Assembly (NCBI RefSeq): GCF_009914755.1
Contig: NC_060933.1
DNA: 64,000 nt
DNA from: the human T2T-CHM13v2.0 reference genome, Homo sapiens
Direction: 5' to 3' (one strand)
The first letter of the stretch is position 1. Every line of letters starts with the position of its first letter. The position numbers and the translations under genes are program-made. Positions 42,301 to 57,300 of the stretch are shown piece after piece. The notes beneath the pieces are model-generated. The model was not told the DNA's origin. It did no database searches and saw only the letters and a list, made by a program, of their open reading frames with translations.

Positions 42301-45300
42301 AGGACACGGAATAGAATGCAATGGAACGAAATGGAATGGAATGGAATGGAATGGAATGGAATGGAATGGAATCGTTCCGAGTGGAATAGGAGGGAATGTA
42401 TTCGAGTGGAATGGAAAGGAATGGAATCAACCAGAGTGGAATGGAAAGGAATGGAATGGAATGGAAACTAATAGAATGGAATCAACCCGAGTGGAATGGA
42501 ATGGAAAGGACTGGAATGGAATGGAATGGAATGGAATCAACTCGATTGTAATGGAATGGAATGGAATGGAATGGAATGCAATGGAATGGAATGGAATTAA
42601 CCCGAATACAATGCAATGGAATGGAATGGAACGGAATGGAGTGGAACGGAATGGAATCAACCCGAGTGCAGGGGAATGGAATGGAATGGAATGCAATGGA
42701 ATGGAATCATCCGGAATGGAATGGAATGGAATGGAATGCAAAGCAATGGAATCAACTCGATTGCAATGGAATGGAATGGAATGGAAAGGAATACATTGGA
42801 ATCAACCCGAGTGGAATGGAATGGAAAGGACTGGAATGGAGTGGAATGGAATGGAATGGAATGGAATCAACTCGATTGGAATGGAATGGAATGGAATGGA
42901 ATGGAATGGAATGGAATTAAACCGAATAGAATGGAATGGAATGGAATGGAACGGAACGGAATGGAATGGAATGGAATGGAATGGAATGGAATGGAATGGA
43001 AACAACCCGACAGCAGGGGAATGGAATGGAATGGAATGGAAACAACCCGACTGCAGGGGAATGGAATGGAATGGAATGCAAAGGAATGGATTCAACTTGA
43101 CTGAAATGGAAAGAATGGAATCAACACGAGTGGAATGGCATGGATTGGAATGGAATGGAATGGAATCAACCCGAGTACAGAGGAATGGAATGGAATGGAA
43201 AGCAATGGAATGGAATTATCCGTAATGGAATGGAAAGGAATGGAATGGAATGGAATGGAATGGAATGGAATGGAATCAATTCGATTGCAATCGAACGGAA
43301 TGGAATGGAATTAACCCGAATAGAATGGAATGGAATGGAATGGAATGGAACGGAACGGAATGGAATGTATTGGAATGGAATGGAATGTAATGGAATGGAA
43401 CGGAAAGGAATGGAATGGAATGGAATGGAATGGAATGGAATGGAATGGAATCAACGCGAGTGCATGGGAATGGAATGGAATGGAATGCAATGGAATGGAA
43501 TCTTCCGGAATGGAATGGAATGGAATGGAATGGAATGGAATGGAATGGAATAAACCCGAGTGCAATGGAATGGAGTGAAATGGAGTGGAATGGAATGGAA
43601 CAACCCGAATGGAATGGAATGTAATGGAGAGTAAGGGAGTTGAATAGAATCAATCCGAATGTAATGGAATGGAATGGAACGGAATGGAATTGAATGGAAA
43701 GGAATGGAATGGAACGGAATGGAATCAACCCGAGTTCAATGGAATGGAGAGAAATGGAATGGAATGGAATGGAAACTACCCGAATGGAATGGAATGGAAT
43801 GGAGTCTAAGGGAATTGAATAGAATCAATCCGAATGTAATGGAATGGAATGGAACGGAATGGAATGGAATGGAATGGAATGGAATGGAATGGAATGCAGT
43901 GGAATGGAATCAACCCGAGTGCAATCGAATGGAATCGAATGGAATGGAATGCAATGGAATGGATTCAACTTGAATGGAATGGAAAGAATGGAATCAACAC
44001 GAGTGGAATGGCATGGATTGGAATGTAATGGAATGGAATCAACCCGAGTACAGCGGAATGGAATGGAATGGAATGCAATGGAATGGAATCATCCGTAATG
44101 GAATGGAAAGGAATGGAATGGAATGGAATGGAATGGAATGGAATCAACTCGATTGCAATCGAATGGAATGGAGTGGAATTAACCCGAATAGAATGGAATG
44201 GAATGGAATGGAACGGAACGGAACGGAATGGAATGGAATGGAATGGAATGGAATGGAACGGAAAGGAAGGGAATGGAATGGAATAGAATGGAATGGAATG
44301 GAATCAACGCGAGTGCAGGAGAATGGAATGGAATGCAATGCAATGGAATGGAATCTTCCGGAATGGAATGGAATGGAATGGAATGGAATTGAATGGAATC
44401 AACCCGATTGCAATGGAATGGAGTGGAATGGAATGGAATGGAATGGAACAACCCGAATGGAATGGAATGTAATGGAGAGTAAGGGAGTTGAATAGAATCA
44501 ATCCGAATATAATGGAATGGAATGCAACGGAATGGAATTGAATGGAATGGAATGGAATGCAATGGAATGGAATCAACCCGAGTGCAATGGAATGGAGAGA
44601 ATTGGAATGGAATGCAATGGAAACTACCCGAATGGAATGTAATGGAGTGTAAGGGAATTGAATAGAATCAATCCGAATGTAATGGAATGGAATGGAACGG
44701 AATGGAATGGAATGGAATGGAATGGAATGGAATGCAATGGAATGGAATCAACCCGAGTGCAATCAAATGGAATCGAATGGAATGGAATGCAATGGAATGG
44801 ATTCAACATGAATGGAATGGAAAGAATGGAATCAACACGAGTGGAATGGCATGGATTGGAATGGAATGGAATGGAATCAACCCGAGTACAGGGGAATGGA
44901 ATGGAATGGAATGCAATGGAATGGAATCAACCGTAATGGAATTGAAAGGAATGGAATGGAATGGAATGGAATGGAATGGAGTGGAATGGAATGGAATGGA
45001 ATCAAATCGATTGCAATCGAATGGAATGGAATGGAATTAACCCGAATAGAATGGAATGGAATGGAATGGAACGGAACGGAATGGAATGGAATGGAATGGA
45101 ATGGAATGGAACGGAACGGAATGGAATGGAATGGAATGGATTCAACGCGAGTGCAGGGGAATGGAATGGAATGGAATGCAATGGAATGGAATCTTCCGGA
45201 ATGGAATGGAATGGAATGGAATGGAATGAAATGCAATGGAGTCAACTCGATTGCAATGGAATGAAATAGAATGGAATGGAATGGAATGGAATGGAATTAA

Positions 45301-48300
45301 TCCGAATAGAATGGAATGGAATGCAATGGAACGGAATGGAACGGAATGGAATGGAATGGAATGGAATGGAATTGTATGGAATGGAAAGGAATGGTACGGA
45401 ATAGAATGGAATGGAACGAATTGAAATGGAATGGAATTGAATGGAATGGAATGGAATGCAATGGAATCAACGCGAGTGCAGGGGAATGTAACGGAAAGGA
45501 ATGCAATGGAATGGAATCATCCGGAATGGAATGGAATGGAATGGAATGGAATGGAATCAACCCGAGTGCAATGGAATGGAGTGGAATGGAATGGAATGGA
45601 AGGGAACAACCAGAATGGAATTGAATGTAATGGAGAGTAAGGGAGTTGAATAGAATGAATCCGAAAGTAATGGAATGGAATGCAACGGAATGGAATGGAA
45701 TGGAATGGAATGGAATGCAATGGAATTGAATCAACCCGAGTACAATGGAATGGAATGGAATGGAATGGAATGGAATGGAATGGAATGGAATGGAATGATG
45801 CGGAATAGAATGGAATGGAACGAAATGGAATGGAATGGAATCAACCCGAGTGCTGGGGAATGGAATGGAATGGAATGCAATGGAATGGAATCATCCGGAA
45901 TGGAATGGAATGGAATGGAATGCAAAGCAATGGAATCAACTCGATTGCAATGGAATGGAATGGAATGGAAAGGAATACATTGGAATCAACCCGAGTGGAA
46001 TGGAATGGAATGGACTGGAATGGAGTGGAGTGGAATGGAATGGAACGGAATAGAATCAACTCGATTGGAATGGAATGGAATGGAATGGAATTAACCCGAA
46101 TAGAATTGAATAGAATGGAATGGAACGGAACGGAACGGAACGGAATGAAATGGAATGGAATGGAATGGAATGGAATGGAATCAACCCGACTGCAGGGGAA
46201 TGGAATGGAATGGAAAGCAATGGAATGGATTCAACTTGAATGGAATGGAAAGAATGGAATCAACACGAGTGGAATGGCATGGATTGCAATGGAATGGAAT
46301 GGAATCAACCCGAGTGGAATGGAATGGAAAGGACTGGAATGGAGTGGAATGGAATGGAATGGAATGGAATGGAATCAACTCGATTGGAATGCAATGGAAT
46401 GGAATGGAATGGAATTAACCCGAATAGAATGGAATGGAATGGAATGGAACGGAACGGAATGGAATGGAATGGAATGGAATGGAATGGAATGGAATCAACC
46501 CGACTGTAGGGGAATGGAATGGAATGGAAGGCAATGGAATAGATTCAACTTGAATGGAATGGAAAGAATGGAATCAACACGAGTGGAATGGCATGGATTG
46601 GAATGGAATGGAATGGAATCAACCCGAGTAAAGCGGAATGGAATGGAATGGAATGCAATGGAATGGAATCATCCGTTATGGAATGGAAAGGAATGGAATG
46701 GAATGGAATGGAATGGAATGGAATGGTATGGAATGGAATCAACTCGATTGCAATCGAATGGAATGCAATGGAATTAACCCGAATAGAATGGAATGGAATG
46801 GAATGGAACGGAACGGAATGGAATGGAATGGAATGGAATGGAACGGAAAGGAATGGAATGGAATGGAATGGAATGGAATGGAATGGAATGGAATCAACGC
46901 GAGTGCAGGGGAAAGGAATGGAATCGAATGGAATGGAAAGGAATGGAATGGAATCAACCCGAGTGCAGGGGAATGTAATGGAACGGAATGCAATGGAATG
47001 GAATCATCCGGAATGGAATGGAATGTAATGGAATGGAATCAACCCGAGTGCAATGGAATGGAGTGGAATGGAATGGAATGGAATGGAACAACCCGAATGG
47101 AATGGAATGTAATGGAGAGTAAGGGAGTTGAAAAGAATCAATCCGAATGTAATGGAATGGAATGGAACGGAATGGAATGGAATGGAATGGAATGGAATGG
47201 AATGGAATGGAATGCAATGGAATGGAATCAACCCAAGTACAATGGAATGGAATGGAATGGAATGGAATGGAATGGAATGCAATGGAATGGAATCTTCCGG
47301 AATGGAATGGAATGGAGTGGAATGGAATGGAATGGAATGCAATGGATTCAACTCGATTGTAATGGAATGGAATAGAATGGAATGGAATGGAATGGAATGG
47401 AATGGAATGGAATTAAACCGAATAGAATGGAATGGAATGGAATGGAATGGAACAGAACGGAACGGAACGGAACGGAGTGGAAAGGAATGGAATGGAATTG
47501 TATGGAATGGAATGGAATGGTACGGAATAGAATGGAATGGAAAGAATTGGAATGGAATGGAATGGAATGGAATGGAATGGAATCAACCCAAGCGCAATGG
47601 AATGGAGTGGAATGGAATGGAATGGAATGGAACAACCCGAATGGAATGGAATGTAATGGAGAGTAAGGGAGTTGAACAGAATCAATCCGAATGTAATGGA
47701 ATGGAACGGAATGGAATGGAATGGAATGGAATGGAATGGAATGGAATGGAATGCAATGGAATGGAATCAACCCGAGTACAACGGAACGGAATGTAATGTA
47801 ATGTACTGTAATGGAATGGAACGGAATGGAATGGAATTGAATCAACCCGAGTGCAATGGAATGGCGAGGAATGGAATGGAATGGAATGGAAACTACCCGA
47901 ATGGAATGGAATGTAATGGAGTGTAAGGGAATTGAATAGAATCAATCCGAATGGAATGGAATGGAATAGAACGGAATGTAATGTAATGGAATGGAATGGA
48001 ATCAACCCGAGTGCAGGGGAATGGAATGGAATGGAATGCAATGGAATGGAATCATCCGGAATGGAATGGAATGGAATGCAATGGAATGGAATGGAATGGA
48101 ATCAACCCGAGTGCAATGGAATGGAGTGAAATGGAATGGAATGGAATGGAGACAAACAGAATGGATTGGAATATAATGGAGTGTAAGGGAATTGAATAGA
48201 ATCAATCTGAATGTAATGAAATGGAATGGAACGGAATGGAATGGAATGGAACGGAATGGAATGGAGTGGAATGCAATGGAATGGAAGCAACCCGAGTGCA

Positions 48301-51300
48301 ATCGAATGGAATCGATTGGAATGGAATGCAATGGAATGGATTCAACTTGAATGGAATGGAAAGAATGGAATCAACACGAGTGGAATGGCATGGATTGGAA
48401 TGGAATGGAATGGAATCAACCCGAGTATAGGGGAATGGAATGGAATGGAATGCAATGGAATGGAATCATCCGTAATGGAATGGAAAGGAATGGAATGGAA
48501 TGGAAGGGAATGGAATGGAATCAACTCGATTGCAATCGAATGGAATGGAATGGAATTAACCCGAATAGAATGGAATGGAATGGAATGGAACGGAACGGAA
48601 TGGAATGGAATGGAATGGAATGGAATGGAATGGAGTGGAACGGAAAGGAAGGGAATGAAATGGAATAGAATGGAATGGAATGGAATCAACGCGAGTGCAG
48701 GGGAATGGAATGGAATGGAATGTAATGGAATGGAATCTTCCGGAATGGAATGGAATGGAATGGAATGGAATGGAATGGAATGGAATGGAATCAACCCGAG
48801 TGCAATGGAATGGAGTGGAATGGAATGGAATGGAATGGAACAACCCGAATGGAATGGAATGTAATGGAGAGTAAGGGAGTTGAATAGAATGAATCCGAAT
48901 GTAATGGAATGGAATGGAACGCAATGGAATTGAATGGAATGGAAAGGAATGCAATGGAATGGAATCAACCCGAGTGCAATGGAATGGAGAGGAATGGAAT
49001 GGAATGGAATGGAAACTACCCGAATGGAATGGAATGTAATGGAGTGTAAGGGAATTGAATAGAATCAATCCGAATGTAATGGAATGGTATGGAACGGAAT
49101 GGAATGGAATGGAATGGAATGGAATGGAATGGAATGGAATGCAATGGAATGGATTCAACTTGAATGGAATGGAAAGAATGGAATCAACACGAGGGGAATG
49201 GCATGGACTGGAATGGAATGGAATGGAATCAACCCGAGTACAGGGGAATGGAATGGAATGGAATGCAATGGAATGGAATCATCCGTAATGGAATGGAAAG
49301 GAACGGAATGGAATGGAATGGAATGGAATGGAATGGAATGGAATGGAACGGAACGGAATGGAATGGAATGGAATGGAATGGAATGGAATCAACGCGAGTG
49401 CAGGGGAATGGAATGGAATGGAATGCAATGGAATGGAATCTTCCGGAATGGAATGGAATGGAATGGAATGGAATGAAATGCAATGGATTCAACTCGATTG
49501 CAATGGAATGGAATAGAATGGAATGGAATGGAATGGAATGGAATTAATCCGAATAGAATGGAATGGAATGGAATGGAACGGAATGGAATGGAATGGAATG
49601 GAATGGAATGGAATGGAATGGTTTGGAATGGAATGGAATGGTACGGAATAGAATGGAATGGAACGAATTGTAATGGATTGGAATTGAATGGAATGGAATG
49701 GAATGGAATGGAATCAACGCGAGTGCAGGGGAATGTAATGGAACGGAATGCAATGGAATGGAATCATCCGGAATGGAATGGAATGGAATGGAATGGAATG
49801 GAATCAACCCGAGTGCAATGGAATGGAGTGGAATGGAATGGAATGGAATGGAACAACCCGAATGGAATGGAATGTAATGGAGAGTAAGGGAGTTGAATAG
49901 AATCAATCCGAATGTAATGGAATGGAATGCAACGGAATGGAATGGAATGGAATGGAATGGAATGCAATGGAATTGAATCAACCCGAGTACAATGGAATGG
50001 AATGGAATGGAATGGAATGGAATGGAATGGAATGGAATGATACGGAATAGAATGGAATGGAACGAAATGGAATGGAATAGAATAGAATGGAATGGAATGG
50101 AATGGAATGGAATGGAATTGTTCCGAGTGGAATAGGAGGGAATGTATTCGAGTGGAATGGAAAGGAATGGAATCAACCAGAGTGGAATGGAAGGGAATGG
50201 AATGGAATGGAAACTAATAGAATGGAATCAACCCGAGTGGAATGGAATGGAAAGGACTGGAATGGAATGGAATGGAATGGAATGGAATGGAATGGAATCA
50301 ACTCGATTGTAATGGATTGGAATGGAATGGAATGGAATGGAATGGAATGGAATGGAATTAACCCGAATACAACGGAATGGAATGGAATGGAACGGAATGG
50401 AGTGGAATGGAATGGAATCAACCCGTGTGCAGGGGAATGGAATGGAATGGAATGCAATGGAATGGAATCATCCGGAATGGAATAGAATGGAATGGAATGC
50501 AAAGAAATGGAATCAACTCGATTGCAATGAAATGGAATGGAATGGAAAGGAATACATTGGAATCAACCCGAGGGGAATGGAATGGAAAGGACTGGAATGG
50601 AGTGGAATGGAATGGAATGGAATGGAATAGAATCAACTCGATTGGAATGGAATGGAATGGACTGGAATGGAATGGAATGGAATTAACCCGAATAGAATGG
50701 AATGGAATTAAATGGAAAGGAACGGAATGGAATGGAATGGAATGGAATGGAATCAACCCGACTGAGGGGGAATGGAATGGAATGGAATGGAATGCAATGG
50801 AATGGATTCAACTTGAATGGAATGGAAAGAATGGAATCAACACGAGTGGAATGGCATGGATTGGAATGGAATGGAATGGAATCAACCCGAGTACAGGGGA
50901 ATGGAATGGAATGGAATGCAATGGAGTGGAATCATCCGTAATGGAATGGAAAGGAATGGAATGGAATGGAATGGAATGGAATGGAATGGAATCAACTCGA
51001 TTGCAATGGAATGGAATGGAATGGAATTAACCCGAAAAGAATGGAATGGAATGGAATGGAACGGAACGGAACGGAATGGAATGGAATGGAATGGAATGGA
51101 ATGGAATGCAATGGAATGGAACGGAAAGGAATGGAATGGAATGGAATGGAATGGAATGGAATGGAATGGAATGGAATGGAATCAACGCGAGTGCAGGGGA
51201 TTGGAATGTAAGGGAATGCAATGGAATGGAATCTTCCGGAATGGAATGGAATGGAATGGAATCAACCCGAGTGCAATGGAATGGAGTGGAATGGAATGGA

Positions 51301-54300
51301 ATGGAATGGAACAACCCGAATGGAATCGAATGTAATGGAGAGTACGGGAGTTGAAAAGAATCAATCCGAATATAATGGAATGGAATGGAACGGAATGGAA
51401 TTGAATGGAATGGAATGGAATGCAATGGAATGCAGTCAACCCGAGTGCAATGGAATGGAGAGGAATGGAATGGAATGGAATGGAAACTACCCGAATGGAA
51501 TGGAATATAATGGAGTGTAAGGGAATTGAATAGAATTAATCCGAATGTAATGGAATGGAATGGAACGGAATGGAATGGAATGGAATGGAATGGAATGGAA
51601 TGGAATGCAATGGAATGGAATCAACCCGAGTGCAATCGAATGGAATCGAATGGAATGGAATGCAATGGAATGGATTCAACTTGAATGGAATGGAAAGAAT
51701 GGAATCAACACGAGTGGAATGGCATGGATTGGAATGGAATGGAATGGAATCAACCCGAGTACAGGGGAATGGAATGGAATGGAATGCAAAGGAATGGAAT
51801 CATCCGTAATGGAATGGAATGGAATGGAATGGAATGGAATGGAATGGAATCAACTCGATTGCAATCGAATGGAATGGAATGGAATTAACCCAAATAGAAT
51901 GGAATGGAATGGAATGGAATGCAACGGAACGGAACGGAATGGAATGGAATGGAATGGAATGGAACGGAACGGAACGGAATGGAATGGAATGGAATGGAAT
52001 GGAATGGAATCAACGCGAGTGCAGGGGAATGGAATGGAATGGAATGCAATGGAATGGAATCTTCCGGAATGGAATGGAATGGAATGGAATGGAATGAAAT
52101 GCAATGGATTCAACTCGATTGCAATGGAATGGAATAGAATGGAATGGAATGGAATGGAATGGAATTAACCTGAATAGAATGGAATGGAATGCAATGGAAC
52201 GGAATGGAACGGAATGGAATGGAATGGAATGGAATGGAATGGAATGGTATGGAATGGAATGGAATGGTACGGAATAGAATGGAATGGAAAGAATTGTAAT
52301 GGAATGGAATTGAATGGAATGGAATGGAATCAACGCAAGTGCAGGGAAATGTAATGGAACGGAATGCAACAGAATGGAATCATCCGGAATGGAATGGAAT
52401 GGAATGGAATGGAATGGAATCAACCCGAGTGCAATGGAATGGAGTGCAATGGAATGGAATGGAGTGGAATTGAATGGAATTGAATGGAACAACACGAATG
52501 GAATGGAATGTAATGGAGAGTAATTGAGTTGAATAGAATCAATCTGAATGTAATGGAATGCAACGGAATGGAATGGAATGGAATGGAATGGAATGCAATG
52601 GAATGGAATCAACCCGAGTACAATGGAATGGAATGGAATGGAATGGAATGGAATGGAATGGAATGGAATGGAATGCCTTCAAACCGAATGGAATGGAAAG
52701 GAATGGAATCAACACGAGTGGAATGGAATGGAATGGAATGGAATGGAATGGAATGATACGGAATAGAATGGAATGGAACGAAATGGAATGGAATGGAATG
52801 GAATGGAATGGAATGGAACGGAATGGAGTGGAATGGATTGGAATCAACCCGAGTACAGGGGAATGGAATGGAATGGAATGCAATGGAATGGAATTAACCC
52901 GAATAAAATGGAATGGAATGGAATGAAACGGAATGGAGTGGAATGGAATGGAATCAACCCCAGTGCAGGGGAATGGAATGGAATGGAATGCAATGGAATG
53001 GAACCATCCGGAATGAATTGGAATTTAATGGAATGCAAAGCAATGGAATCAACTCGATTGCAATGGAATGGAATGGAATGTAAAGGAATACATTGGAATC
53101 AACCCGAGTGGAATGGAATGGAAAGGACTGGAATGGAGTGGAATGGAATGGAATGGAATGGAATGGAATCAACTCGAATGGAATGGAATGGAATGGAATG
53201 GAATGGAATGGAATGGAATGGAATGGAATTAACCCGAATAGAATGGAATGGGATGGAATGGAACGGAATGGAACGGAATGGAATGGAATGGAATGGAATC
53301 AACCCGACTGCAGGGGAATGGAATGGAATGGAATGCAATGGAATGGATTCAACTTGAATGGAATGGAAAGAATGGAATCAACACGAGTGGAATGGCATGG
53401 ATTGGAATGGAATGGAATGGAATCAACCCGAGTACAGGGGAATGGAATGGAATGGAATGCAATGGAATGGAATCATCCGTAATGGAATGGAAAGGAATGG
53501 AATGGAATGGAATGGAATGGAATGGAATCAACTCGATTGCAATCGAATGGAATGGAATGGAATTAACCCGAATAGAATGGAATGCAATGTAATGGAACGG
53601 AACGGAACGGAATGGAATGGAATGGAATGGAATGGAATGGAATGGAACGGAAAGGAATGGAATGGAATGGATTGGAATGGAATGTAATGGAATCAACGCG
53701 AGTGCAGTGGAATGGAATGGAATGGAATGCAATGGAATGGAATCTTCCGGAATGGAATGGAATGGAATGGAATGGAATGGAATGGAATGGAATGGAATAA
53801 ACCCGAGTGCAATGGAATGGAGTGGAATGGAATGGAATGGAATGGAACAACCCGAATGGAATGGAATGTAATGGAGAGTAAGGGAGTTGAATAGAATCAA
53901 TCCGAAAGTAATTGAATGGAATGGAACGGAATGGAATTGAATGGAATGGAATGGAATGCAATGGAATGGAATCAACCCGAGTGCAATGGAATGGAGAGGA
54001 ATGGAATGGAATGGAGTGGAAACTACCCAAATGGAATGGAATGTAATGGAGTGTAAGGGAATTGAATAGAATCAATCCGAATGTAATGGAAAGGATTGGA
54101 ACGGAATGCAATGGAATGGAATGGAATGGAATGGAATGCAATGGAATGGAATCAACCCGAGTGCAATCGAATGGAATCGAATGGAATGAAATGCAATGGA
54201 ATGGAATCAACTCGATTGCAATCGAATGGAATGGAATGGAATTAACCCGAATAGAAAGTAATGGAATGGAATGGAAAGGAACGGAACGGAATGGAATGGA

Positions 54301-57300
54301 ATGGAATGGAATGGAACGGAACAGAATGGAATGGAATGGAATGGAATGGAATCAACGCGAGTGCAGGGGAATGGAATGGAATGGAATGCTATTGAATGGA
54401 ATCTTCCGGAATGGAATGGAATGGAATGAAATGCAATGGATTCAACTCGAATGCAATGGAATGGAATAGAATGGAATGGAATGGAATGGAATGGAATGGA
54501 ATGGAATCGAATGGAATCAACTCGATTGGAATGGAATGGAATGGAATGGAATGGAATTAACCCGAATAGAATGGAATGCAATGGAATGGAACAGAACGGA
54601 ATGGAATGGAATGGAACGGAATGGAATGGAATGGAATGGAATCAACCCGACTGCAGGGGAATGGAATGGAAGGGAATGCAATGGAATGGATTCAACTTGA
54701 ATGGAATGGAAAAAATGAAATCAACACGAGTGGAATGGCATGGATTGGAATGGAATGGAATGGAATCAACCCGAGTACAGGGGAATGGAATGGAATGGAA
54801 TGCAATGGAATGGAATCATCCGTAATGGAATGGAAAGGAATGGAATGGAATGGAATGGAATGGAATGGAATGGAATGGAATCAACTCGATTGCAATCGAA
54901 TGGAATGGAATGGAATTAACCCGAATAGAATGGAATGGAATGGAATGGAACGGAACGGAACGGAATGGAATGGATTGGAATGGAATGGAATGGAATGGAA
55001 TGGAACGGAAAGGAATGGAATGGAATGCAATGGAGTGGAATGGAATGGAATGGAATCAACGCGAGTGCAGGGGAATGGAATGGAATGGAATGCAATGGAA
55101 TGGAATCTTCCGGAATGGAATGGAATGGAATGGAATGGAATGGAATGGAATGGAATGGAATCAACCCGAGTGCAATGGAATGGAGTGGAATGGAATGGAA
55201 TGGAATGCAACAACCCAAATGGAATGGAATGTAATGGAGAGTAAGGGAGTTGAATAGAATCAATCCGAATGTAATGGAATGGAATGGAACGGAATGGAAT
55301 TGAATGGAATGGAATGGAATGCAATGGAATGGAATCAACCCGAGTGCAATGGAATGGAGAGGAATGGAATGGAATGGAATGGAAACTACCCGAATGGAAT
55401 GGAATGTAATGGTGTGTAAGGGAATTGAATAGAATCAATCCGAATGTGATGGAATGGAATTGAACGGAATGGAATGGAATGGAATGGAATGGAATGGAAT
55501 GGAATGGAATGCAATGGAATGGAATCAACCCGAGTGGAATCGAATGGAATCAAATGGAATGGAATGCAATGGAATGGAATGGAATTAACCCGAATAGAAT
55601 GGAATGGAATGGAACGGAACGGAATGGAATGGAATGGAACGGAACGGAACGGAACGGAATGGAATGGAAAGGAAAGGAATGGAATGGAATGGAATGGAAT
55701 GGAATGGAATGGAATGGAATGGAATGGAATCAACGCGAGTGCAGGGGAATGGAATGGAATCGAATGGAATGGAAAGGAATGGAATGGAATCAACCCGAGT
55801 GCAGGGGAATGTAATGGAACGGAATGCAATGGAAAGGAATCATCCGGAATGGAATGGAATGGAATGGAATGGAATGGAATGGAATGGAATCAACCCGAGT
55901 GCAATGGAATGGAGTGGAATGGAATGGAATGGAATGGAACAACCCGAATGGATTGGAATGTAATGGAGAGTAAGGGAGTTGAAAAGAATCATTCCGAAAG
56001 GAATGGAATGGAATGGAAAGGAATGGAATGGAATGGAATGGAATGCAACGGAATGGAATCTTCCGGAATGGAATGGAATGGAATGGAATGGAATGGAATG
56101 GAATGCAATGGATTCAACTGTATTGCAATGGAATGGAATAGAATGGAATGGAATGGAATGGAATGGAATGGAATGGAATGGAATTAAACCGAACAGAATG
56201 GAATGGAATGGAATGGAACGGAACAGAACGGAATGGAACGGAATGGAACGGAACGGAGTGGAATGGAATGGAATGGAATTGTATGGAATGGAATGGAATG
56301 GTATGGAATAGAATGGAATGGAAAGAATTGGAATGGAATGGTATGGAATGGAATGGAATGGAATGGAATGGAATCAACCAGAGTGCAGGGGAATGTAATG
56401 GAACGGAATGCAATGGAATGGAATCATCCGGAATGGAATGGAATGGAATGGAATGGAATGGAATGGAATGGAATCAACCTGAGAGCAATGGAATGGAGTG
56501 GAATGGAATGGAATGCAATGGAACAACCCGAATGGAATGGAATGTAATGGAGAGTAAGGGAGTTGAATAGAATCAATCCGAATGTAATGGAATGGAACGG
56601 AATGGAATGGAATGGAATGGAATGGAATGGAATGGAATGGAATGCAATGGAATGGAATCAACCCGAGTACAATGGAACGGAATGGAATGGAATGTAATGG
56701 AATGGAATGGAATGGAATGGAATGGAATGGAATCAACCCGTGTGCAATGGAATGGAGAGGAATGGAATGGAATGGAATGGAAACTACCCGAATGGAATGG
56801 AATGTAATGGAGTGTAAGGGAATTGAATAGAATCAATCCGAATGGAATGGAATGGAATGGAACGGAATGTAATGGAATGGAATGGAATGGAGTCAACCCG
56901 AGTGCAGGGGAATGGAATGGAATGGAATGCAATGGAATGGAATCATCCGGAATGGAATGGAATGGAATGCAATGGAATGGAATGGAATGGAATCAACCCG
57001 AGTGCAATGGAATGGAGTGAAATGGAATGGAATGGAATGGAAACAACCAGAATGGATTGGAATATAATGGAGTGTAAGGGAATTGAATAGAATAAATCTG
57101 AATGTAATGAAATGGAATGGAACGGAATGGAATGGAATGGAATGGAATGGAATGGAATGGAATGGAATGCAATGGAATGGAATCAATCCGAGTGCAATCG
57201 AATGGAATCGAATGGAATGAAATGCAATGGAATGAATTCAACTTGAATGGAATGGAAAGAATGGAATCAACACGAGTGGAATGGCATGGATTGGAATGGA

